From contig NC_007484.1 in NCBI RefSeq assembly GCF_000012805.1, positions 3,240,001 through 3,272,000 on the forward strand: DNA of 32,000 nt. Direction: 5' to 3'. A program made the position numbers and the translations under genes. Below are positions 25,572 through 32,000 of the stretch, in pieces; within the stretch, counting starts at the first letter, position 1; each line of letters opens with the position of its first letter. This DNA comes from Nitrosococcus oceani ATCC 19707. Its GTDB lineage: Bacteria > Pseudomonadota > Gammaproteobacteria > Nitrosococcales > Nitrosococcaceae. The notes below the pieces were generated by a model. The model had not been told where the DNA came from, ran no database searches, and saw only the letters and a list, made by a program, of their open reading frames with translations.

Positions 25572-26768
25572 ATGGCTTCTAACTTACAATCTTACCCTCC
25601 AAACACAATAGAATTAGGATGGCTGATTATTAATGAGCTGGAGTCCGTAGAAGAAATTTCTATCTCTCAAGGACGGGCTCAAATGCTCCAATACCTGCAA
25701 CAGCACTTTCCTCAATTTGAATGGCGGATGCCCGTCATTAAACGGACCGAACAGCCTCACGGCACCCTGGAAGCCCCCACCGATTTACTACAAAAAGGCG
25801 AGCATGAGCGGGAAATCCGGCGCTGGGATTATGCGTTTGTAGTCACCCGCGCCGATTTAAAAAGCTATTATAAACCTTACGCTTTGGCAATACCTTCCCG
25901 GGCCATAAATGTGGCGGTGCTCTCCACTGCTCGGCTTGCCTTTCACTTGGATGACGATAAAAATAACACGGTCATGGCGCAGCAGATCTTCGCCTTGGGA
26001 ATGCACCTATTAGGTGATTTAAATGATTTGCCCCATAGAGATGATCCGAAAGGATTTATGTATCCGCCCCGAATCATCCGTGACCTAGACGGAATGACAA
26101 GCTATTCACAGAAAGAGCAAGAACAACTTGCTGAAGCTTTTGCAGAGGTGGGAGACATTCGTTTAGAAGAACAATTCCAAACCGGCAAAACGCGGCCCTG
26201 GCTTTTCTATCTTAAAGTCCTCGGGAGGAGTCGCGGCGATATTGCCAGCGCTGTCATACAAGCTAAACCTTGGGAGTTTCCTTTTCGATTAAGCCGCTTA
26301 ACGGCAGCAGCGATCTCCACTTTGCTTGTCCTGATCATCACGGCTGAAGTCTGGGAACTAGGCATGAGCCAACCGCCGCTGCTTGTCACTGGACTCTCAC
26401 TGCTGGCATTGACCGGCACCAGCCTGTTTATTCTGAAACGGCAGCAGTTATTGCTCCATCGGGGCAAGCGCCCATTAACCGAACAGACGGTTATTACCAA
26501 CCTTGCCATTACTACGGTGGTGGTCCTGGGAATGACGACCACTTACCTGATGTTATTTTTGCTAGTGCTACTCTTAGGGAAGGTCTTCTATAATCCCGTC
26601 TTGCTCCAAGGATGGGCTGCCTCCCTAGAAAGCCATATTTACCTCCGGCACTATTTGGTGCTATCCGGATTTATCGCCTCCTTAGGAATAATGATAGGCT
26701 CGCTAGGCGCTTCCTTTGAAGGCCAGCGTTATTTTCGTCATGTCACCTATGTAGACGAGGAAATTTAA
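25572..26768 (+). CDS. Membrane protein: N-terminal archaemetzincin (peptidase M54)-like domain with a degenerate active site, fused to 4 C-terminal TM helices
   Basis: 398-aa ORF, the only long plus-strand gene in the window. The N-terminal roughly 230 aa is soluble. Its blocks FVVTRADL, NVAVLSTARL, MHLLGDLNDLPH and IIRDLDG line up with the M54 pattern (TDvDL, vAVvStaRL, HELGHxxGLxHC, sl.elD) as I recall it. The catalytic Glu, the second His and the Cys are replaced. Four hydrophobic helices occupy about residues 245-385. There is no obvious SD at the ATG. Confidence 0.6.
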   Translation: MASNLQSYPPNTIELGWLIINELESVEEISISQGRAQMLQYLQQHFPQFEWRMPVIKRTEQPHGTLEAPTDLLQKGEHEREIRRWDYAFVVTRADLKSYYKPYALAIPSRAINVAVLSTARLAFHLDDDKNNTVMAQQIFALGMHLLGDLNDLPHRDDPKGFMYPPRIIRDLDGMTSYSQKEQEQLAEAFAEVGDIRLEEQFQTGKTRPWLFYLKVLGRSRGDIASAVIQAKPWEFPFRLSRLTAAAISTLLVLIITAEVWELGMSQPPLLVTGLSLLALTGTSLFILKRQQLLLHRGKRPLTEQTVITNLAITTVVVLGMTTTYLMLFLLVLLLGKVFYNPVLLQGWAASLESHIYLRHYLVLSGFIASLGIMIGSLGASFEGQRYFRHVTYVDEEI

Positions 26769-27043
26769 GGAACGTTGCCCCTCCCTTTAAGCCATAAAAT
26801 AAAAGCAGCCGGCACATGCGCGGCGCCAAAACCATTAAGAAAAGCCAGCACAGGAGGTATATTCGCACTTCCTTGATAACGGCTTACCGAAACAAAACCT
26901 ACACCCACGCCTATCACCACCAACATCAGGCGGACTATCCAACTTTGGGTGGTACTCGTAGAATGAGAGGGGATGCGGTACTGAGCATAAACTACCGCGC
27001 CCACCATAGCTAAAGTCCAAATAAATATCCATACTATACTCAT
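26765..27043 (-). CDS. Small integral membrane protein (3 predicted TM helices), unknown function
   Basis: An ATG at 27043 is preceded by AGGAGA 11 nt upstream. The product is 92 aa with three hydrophobic segments: IVWIFIWTLAMVGAVVYA, IVRLMLVVIGVGVGFVSV and VLAFLNGFGAAHVPAAFILWL. The track ORF extends to a TTG at 27082. Confidence 0.55.
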   Translation of the reverse strand: MSIVWIFIWTLAMVGAVVYAQYRIPSHSTSTTQSWIVRLMLVVIGVGVGFVSVSRYQGSANIPPVLAFLNGFGAAHVPAAFILWLKGRGNVP

Positions 27044-27208
27044 AGTAATATGTTTCTCCTGGCTTTTAGAGGCACCTTTCAAGGCTCACGATATCGTTGC
27101 ACGGTCTTCAAAAAAGCAAGCAACCCAACCGGAATAGTCTTTATCAATAGGAGTAAAACCGCCTTGCATTTACCCCTATCTCTCTATCCAGAAACCAGGC
27201 ATCGTCTC

Positions 27209-28378
27209 TCACACGCGAGGATAAAGCACGGCTGTTCTTTCCGCAATGCGATCGATTTGAAAATACTGACGAAAACGCTGCTCCCCCGCCTTACCAAGTG
27301 ATTCCCGTTTTTCGGGAGTGTGCAATAAATCTCCGAGGGCTTGGGTTAAGCTAGCCGGGTCTTGAGGGGGGCACAATATTCCTGTTTCTCCATCGGCGAC
27401 AACCCAGCCCACGCCAGAGCCCTCTATCCTGCTGGCGACTACCGGCTTTGCAAACTTCATGGCTTCCAAAAGCACGACTCCAAAGGCTTCGGTCCGCTCG
27501 ATGGAAGGCAAGCAAAAGACATCGCAGGTTGCCAATAGCGCATTGCGCTGCGCCTCCGTGCAGCCACCCTGCAAGCTGACCCGCCCTTCCAAGGCTAGCT
27601 TTGCAATCAGCGCCCGCAGTTTCCCTTCGCCAGCGCCGGCGCCAACCACCACCAAACGGGCTTCTGGCAAAGCTTTAATGGCATGTAAGAGTACCTCATG
27701 CCCTTTGTAGTAGGTCAGACGGCCAATAGTAAGTACTCGCAAGGACGTTCCATCTCCCCAGAGCCGATGGGCGTCTGCTTGCTCGGTTTCACTAGGTCCC
27801 GGCAAGCGGGACGGATCGAGGCCAAGGGGAATGGTGTGGCACTTCTCTCGCCAGAGCCTTAGCGCCAGGCTGCTATTAAGGTAGGGAGGCGAAGTGGCGA
27901 TGATAGCCGAAGCGCCCCCCAGAAGACTTTGTTCAAAAGGGCGGTAAAAAAGATAAGCGGGAGCAAGGAACTTGTCGTGACGGGATGCAACAACATCGGC
28001 ATGCCAGTGGATGATCCAGGGCAGCCGCCGGGCTACCGGCACCACCATGGCCCAAAAAGCGGAGGTATTGGGAAGGTGCAGATGCAAAAGGTCTGGTTTA
28101 AAATCCCGGATAGTTTTTTGCAGCCAGAAAGGAAACTGAGGGCTGACCGGGGCATAGAGAAAACGGCCATGGCAGGGGGCGCGATAAACGGGAAAGGGCC
28201 ATTCGGCGGGATCGGGATGATGGGAACAGCGCCGTTGCCGGGGCATAAGATGATCGTGAACCAACGCCGCCACCTCAATACCTTGCCGGGATAAAGCTCC
28301 TAACAAATCCCGCAGAAAATACTCCATCCCACCAGCGAAAGGCGGGAAAAATTTGCCAATGTGGAGAGCCCGTAACAT
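27209..28378 (-). CDS. Glycosyltransferase, GT4 family (GT-B fold, retaining)
   Basis: 389-aa ORF. The N-terminal GKFFPPFAGGME is typical of GT4. The C-terminal EX7E motif is present (ERTEAFGVVLLEAM), as is the GETG nucleotide-sugar loop (VADGETGIL). Confidence 0.85.
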   Translation of the reverse strand: MLRALHIGKFFPPFAGGMEYFLRDLLGALSRQGIEVAALVHDHLMPRQRRCSHHPDPAEWPFPVYRAPCHGRFLYAPVSPQFPFWLQKTIRDFKPDLLHLHLPNTSAFWAMVVPVARRLPWIIHWHADVVASRHDKFLAPAYLFYRPFEQSLLGGASAIIATSPPYLNSSLALRLWREKCHTIPLGLDPSRLPGPSETEQADAHRLWGDGTSLRVLTIGRLTYYKGHEVLLHAIKALPEARLVVVGAGAGEGKLRALIAKLALEGRVSLQGGCTEAQRNALLATCDVFCLPSIERTEAFGVVLLEAMKFAKPVVASRIEGSGVGWVVADGETGILCPPQDPASLTQALGDLLHTPEKRESLGKAGEQRFRQYFQIDRIAERTAVLYPRV

Positions 28379-28413
28379 TTAAGAACCGCTTTAAGCTAAA
28401 CGGGATGAAAGGC

Positions 28414-29637
28414 TTACCGTAGTTGATAAAGGACGCCCATGGTGGCCTCGTGAATCTTTTTTGCCGCCAGCTTTACCCTTTCTCCTCCTCTTTCTTTCAG
28501 GAACTCCTTTTCTGGATCAAAAATAAAGTTAGGAGTCGCGCCGAGTATCAAAACATAGTCACCTCTTTGGGCATGGGCTTGGCGGGGCAAATGGATGCCA
28601 TAATCATGAATATTGTAGGGCAGTAAATGGTAACGCACCCGAAGGCGAGTATAAGGATCTTCTTCTAAGGACTTTGCCGTTACCAGAAAAACGCGCTGGG
28701 GAATAGACTCTAAGTGGGCCTTGATCTCAACAGCAAATTCAAACAGCAGCTTATCTTCGGCAGCCCGGTGTTTTTCCGCCCATCCTTTGCCGCCATAGCG
28801 GTCATAGGTTGCTTGCAATTGCTGCCAAAGACCCGCTTGCCAATGAATATCAACCGCCAGCCATGCCAGCAAAAAAATCGTTCCTATTACGCGCCAATCC
28901 CAGTACCGGCGCTTAAAAATACTCCCCACAACGTACAAGCATAAAGCAAGTCCAGCCCAAGCGGCTGCCCCTATCAGCGGTGGAGCCAAAGCATTACCCT
29001 TTGCCACAAAATTAATGGAACGCTGACTCCAGCCTCCGAAAGTACGCCAATCAGGCCCTACCAGAGCCAGCAATGTCCCTGCCGAAAGCGGTTTAAAATC
29101 GAGCTCTTTAATCACCACCGGATCAGGAAGTGTGTTACGGAAGCCGAGACCAAATTCAATGATGGCGCCCCGCCAGGCGGGGTGATGGTTAAGCCGCATC
29201 AAAGTGCTTTCCTCCCCATCCCAGCGCAAAGGCAAAGAAATCACCTTTCCCGGCGCCGTTTCCCTGCGCCAAAAAAAGACCGCTTCCATGTCTGGCTGGA
29301 GGCCCTGTAAATGATATTCGAGAACAGGATATTGCGCTGCGGTCAGGGTAATTCTGCCCGATGAAATGATGGCTTGGCCCCCGGCGGAAAGGGCCTGAAG
29401 CTCCAATGATTCCCCCACGCTGGCGCCTTGCCCGGCAACCAATTGCAGGGTATTTCCACGCCAAACCCTAGGCTGAACCTCAGGCAAGGTAAAACCTTTG
29501 AGGTAATAGGCCAGAAAACCACCCGCCAGCAGAACGCCGCTGAGGACCATCACCCCCAAGGCTACGAACAACATACGCCAGAAGGAAAAAACAGGGGCCG
29601 TACTCAGTGAAGGCACAGGGGAGAGCATCCCTTTCAT
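28414..29637 (-). CDS. Membrane protein of unknown function (1 N-terminal plus 2 central TM helices)
   Basis: Long ORF with no motif I recognise. I prefer the ATG at 29637 (MKGMLSPV; GAGGGA lies 5 nt upstream), giving 407 aa; the track starts at a GTG at 29652. TM segments are MLFVALGVMVLSGVLLAGGFLAYY, LIGAAAWAGLALCLYVVGSIF and VIGTIFLLAWLAVDI. It is co-oriented with the pseudopilin genes upstream (61-76 nt gap, depending on the start chosen) and the GT4 gene downstream (35 nt gap). Confidence 0.65.
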   Translation of the reverse strand: MKGMLSPVPSLSTAPVFSFWRMLFVALGVMVLSGVLLAGGFLAYYLKGFTLPEVQPRVWRGNTLQLVAGQGASVGESLELQALSAGGQAIISSGRITLTAAQYPVLEYHLQGLQPDMEAVFFWRRETAPGKVISLPLRWDGEESTLMRLNHHPAWRGAIIEFGLGFRNTLPDPVVIKELDFKPLSAGTLLALVGPDWRTFGGWSQRSINFVAKGNALAPPLIGAAAWAGLALCLYVVGSIFKRRYWDWRVIGTIFLLAWLAVDIHWQAGLWQQLQATYDRYGGKGWAEKHRAAEDKLLFEFAVEIKAHLESIPQRVFLVTAKSLEEDPYTRLRVRYHLLPYNIHDYGIHLPRQAHAQRGDYVLILGATPNFIFDPEKEFLKERGGERVKLAAKKIHEATMGVLYQLR

Positions 29638-29713
29638 TAAAATCCCTCGCACAAATATTAAGTTTAATTATTTTTTCTGGAGGTTGAATGCAATGGGGCG
29701 GCCAGCACGCCTT

Positions 29714-30163
29714 CTAGGGCAGGATTGCTCCCAGGCGTAAAGTTTCGAGGACAACCTCTCGCACCTTGCCCCCCCCTGTTTCCCAAAACACTTCTACTCT
29801 GACCTGGTAAGGAAGAACAGGGAGATTTATCGGATTATTATCAAAGCCTCCTCCCTGATTTATTTGCCGTCTTTCTAGTTCTTCCAGGGCTTCCTCTGGT
29901 TCCACATAGGGAAGGATAGTGGTGCGCCAGCTATATTTCTGGTCGAATTTTCCCTCTTCAACTCCTTCTAAATAGGGCGCCTCCACCCCAATAGCCGCAA
30001 GCTTAGTCTCCGCGAGTGAGGCAGCATAAGTATAGTCCTCCGATAATGTAGTGGCCCGCATCCCGGTGGCAAAAATCTGGAGTAATACTCCCAGCGCGAC
30101 TCCCAGAATAGCGAAGGCTACCAATACTTCAAGTAAGGAGAACCCCCGCTGGCTCCTAATCAA
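29714..30163 (-). CDS. gspI: Type II secretion minor pseudopilin, GspI-like
   Basis: 149-aa ORF with the prepilin cleavage/methylation motif QRG/FSLLEVLVAFAILG. The TTG start overlaps the gspH stop by 8 nt. Its position after gspH matches the canonical gsp order. It is longer than a typical GspI because of an acidic insertion (EPEEALEELERRQ). Confidence 0.7.
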   Translation of the reverse strand: MIRSQRGFSLLEVLVAFAILGVALGVLLQIFATGMRATTLSEDYTYAASLAETKLAAIGVEAPYLEGVEEGKFDQKYSWRTTILPYVEPEEALEELERRQINQGGGFDNNPINLPVLPYQVRVEVFWETGGGKVREVVLETLRLGAILP

Positions 30164-30665
30164 GAATGGCCACCTGACCCGTCAGCCAATTGACATCAAC
30201 CCCATATTTGCTCTTGCCCTGGGCAACAGTAATGCGACCACCGGTGGAAGTGCCATCGGGGAAGAAGCGGATTTTGCCGATATGATCGCTATCCAGCTCG
30301 GAACGGGCGGTAACGAGGGAGATTTCCAGATTATCTGGAATTGGATATCGGCGCTTTTTGCCGGTAATCATAAAATAGCGGCGCTCTAAATCCACTACCA
30401 AAACGGCTTCCTGGTGGTGAGTAATGGCTTGGCTGCGAACGTATTTTAGGGCCGCCGCCAATTTCCGAGCGGTGCTTTTCAACTCGGCGTTGGCAACGCC
30501 TCCCTGCAATAAAGGCGGTACCAACGCCATCAATATTGCTGCAAGAGCCAAAACGACCAGCAATTCAAGCAGGGTAAATGCGCGCTGGGGCTGGTGCCGA
30601 AAAAGTCCCCGGGAGGCGCTCCCCTCCCGCTGGAAGAGGAGAGCGGAAGACCTCTTCACCGCCAT
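30156..30665 (-). CDS. gspH: Type II secretion minor pseudopilin GspH
   Basis: 169-aa ORF with a pseudopilin N-terminal helix FTLLELLVVLALAAILMAL and a GspH-like body. It lies directly after gspG. It has an unusual 29-residue leader and Ala at position -1. Confidence 0.75.
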   Translation of the reverse strand: MAVKRSSALLFQREGSASRGLFRHQPQRAFTLLELLVVLALAAILMALVPPLLQGGVANAELKSTARKLAAALKYVRSQAITHHQEAVLVVDLERRYFMITGKKRRYPIPDNLEISLVTARSELDSDHIGKIRFFPDGTSTGGRITVAQGKSKYGVDVNWLTGQVAILD

Positions 30666-30739
30666 TGGACTTGGGCCATGGAGGCTTCTTCCCTAGTCAA
30701 AAGCTCCCTACCTTACTTGAAAACATGGTGGTCTGGTGG

Positions 30740-31174
30740 TTATTTCCAGCTGACGATATCCTGGTCTTCACCCTCGCCTCCTTCGGAGTTATCCGCGCCC
30801 AGGGAGTAGATGTCGAAAGCACCGTGCTCACCTGGCGAACGGTAATGGTACTCATATCCCCAGGGATCTACTGGCACCTGCTTTTTCTTTAAATAGGGAC
30901 CATTCCAGCGAGTAGCCCCAGGAGGCGCTTCCACCAGCGCCTGGAGCCCCTCCTCGGTGCTGGGATAGCGTCCTACTTCCAGCCGGTAGAGATCAAGGGT
31001 AGCAGCTAGATCCTCAATCTGGAGACGGGCTGAATCAGTTTTTGCACTGCCTAAATATTTCATCACCTGGGGACCGATAAGTCCCGCCAATAAACCTAAG
31101 ATAACCAGTACAACCAATAACTCAATAAGGGTAAAACCAAAGCTACCGGCAGGGCTTACTTTCTTTAGTTGCAT
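30740..31174 (-). CDS. gspG: Type II secretion major pseudopilin GspG
   Basis: An ATG at 31174 is preceded by GAGGAA 6 nt upstream. The product has the G/FTLIELLVVLVILGLLA motif and GspG body blocks (DLYRLEVGRYPSTEEGLQALV, DPWGYEYHYRSPGEHGAFDIYSLGADNSEGGEGEDQDIVSW). The track ORF starting at 31213 would overlap gspF. Confidence 0.92.
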   Translation of the reverse strand: MQLKKVSPAGSFGFTLIELLVVLVILGLLAGLIGPQVMKYLGSAKTDSARLQIEDLAATLDLYRLEVGRYPSTEEGLQALVEAPPGATRWNGPYLKKKQVPVDPWGYEYHYRSPGEHGAFDIYSLGADNSEGGEGEDQDIVSWK

Positions 31175-31190
31175 CAAAATTTCCTCGTTT

Positions 31191-32000
31191 TTAAAACGCC
31201 AATTCATTAACACTCAAAATAGCGACCAATATAGACATAATGATCCCGGCGATGACGACACCCAGGGTCAGGATCAGGACGGGTTCCAATAAGGCCAATA
31301 GGCGCTTAATCGTCGATTCCACTTCCAGATCATAAGCCTCGGCGACCTGACCGAGCATATCCTCTAATTGGCCTGTTTCTTCCCCCACCTTAATCATTTG
31401 CACCGCCATTTTGGGAAATAAGGCCGTCTCCAGCAAGGGATCAGCCATTCCATGGCCTTGGCGCAGGGCGTCGGCGACCTCGCTTAGAGCTTCCGCCATC
31501 ACCTGATTGTTCAAGGTATTCTTGATAATCGCCAGCGCCGAAAGCAAAGGCACTCCATTTAGCAGCAAGCTATTCAAGGTGCGAGAGAGACGCGCCACTT
31601 CCAGCTTGGCGATCAAGTCGCCCACCAGGGGCAGCCGCAGCAACCAGCCATCCCAGCGATAACGGCGTTCCGGGATTTGTAGCTGATGACGCATAAACAA
31701 TAAGATGGCCAGAAAACCCAGTAACAGCGCCCACCAATAATTTTGCAGAAGATTACCCGCGGCAATCACGATCTGGGTAGCCACCGGCAAGGCTTTACCC
31801 GCGTCTTCAAATAGCTGCTGGAACTGGGGAACCACAAAAGTTAAGAGAATAATGACGGAAAGACCGGCAACGCCCACCAAAATAGCAGGATAAATGAGGG
31901 CCGAAGTGACCGCGTTTTTCAATGCTTTGGAGCGTTCCATGAAATCGGCGAGCCGCCCCAGGATCACATCCAAAGCGCCTCCCGCCTCGCCCGCGCGAAT
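31191..32000 (-). CDS. gspF: Type II secretion inner-membrane platform protein GspF (N-terminal part lies beyond the right window edge)
   Basis: The frame is open to position 32000 and reads IRAGEAGGALDVILGRLADFMERSKALKNAVTSALIYPAILV, matching the central GspF/PilC repeat. The M at 31973 in the track is an internal TTG. The second GspF repeat and TM helices follow, ending 17 nt before the gspG start. Confidence 0.9.
   Translation of the reverse strand: MRAGEAGGALDVILGRLADFMERSKALKNAVTSALIYPAILVGVAGLSVIILLTFVVPQFQQLFEDAGKALPVATQIVIAAGNLLQNYWWALLLGFLAILLFMRHQLQIPERRYRWDGWLLRLPLVGDLIAKLEVARLSRTLNSLLLNGVPLLSALAIIKNTLNNQVMAEALSEVADALRQGHGMADPLLETALFPKMAVQMIKVGEETGQLEDMLGQVAEAYDLEVESTIKRLLALLEPVLILTLGVVIAGIIMSILVAILSVNELAF

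Noticed and set aside
1-32000. Scan for CRISPR arrays, tRNA/rRNA genes, toxin-antitoxin pairs and known defence-system gene signatures
   Set aside because: No spaced direct repeats, no tRNA-like T-arm motifs (GGTTCGAATCC-type) and no nuclease, ATPase or cyclase defence-like genes were seen. The only repeats are the MraZ boxes, the IS inverted repeats and the intragenic lipoprotein repeat.

Overview
All calls come from reading the sequence and the supplied ORF track; no database search was run. This is a gammaproteobacterial-looking chromosomal window in which almost every gene lies on the minus strand. The gene combination is reminiscent of marine ammonia oxidisers such as Nitrosococcus, but I cannot verify that. 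(1) 1-11063 is a canonical dcw cell-division and cell-wall cluster: mraZ-rsmH-ftsL-ftsI-murE-murF-mraY-murD-ftsW-murG, with murG running off the left edge. Upstream of mraZ sit a sigma70-like promoter and three TGGG boxes at 10-bp phase, which look like a MraZ operator. (2) 11287-11640 is an RNase P RNA gene (rnpB). It is hidden under two spurious plus-strand ORFs in the track. (3) 11695-24098 is a nickel and urea acquisition supercluster. It holds a FieF-like CDF exporter, a TonB-dependent receptor whose signal peptide is cut off by an A9 homopolymer, and a small two-ORF IS630/Tc1-type insertion sequence with an A8 slippery run. It continues with a porin-like outer-membrane protein with a candidate sigma54 promoter, hupE/ureJ, ureGFECBAD and a UT-family urea transporter. 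(4) 24126-25571 is a visibly AT-rich islet. It contains a 58-codon SmtA/BmtA-type metallothionein missing from the ORF track (below the 60-aa size of the smallest ORFs listed) and a very acidic PDVDV-repeat lipoprotein. These are followed by about 580 bp with no convincing ORF. (5) 25572-29637 holds uncharacterised membrane proteins and a GT4 glycosyltransferase. One of the membrane proteins is a degenerate archaemetzincin-like domain fused to four TM helices. (6) 29714-32000 is a partial type II secretion operon, gspF-G-H-I, that lacks gspJ/K at the usual position. No tRNA, rRNA or CRISPR array was seen. The most promising leads for undescribed biology are the metallothionein and acidic lipoprotein islet, the pseudo-metzincin membrane protein, and the membrane-protein plus GT4 module after the pseudopilins.
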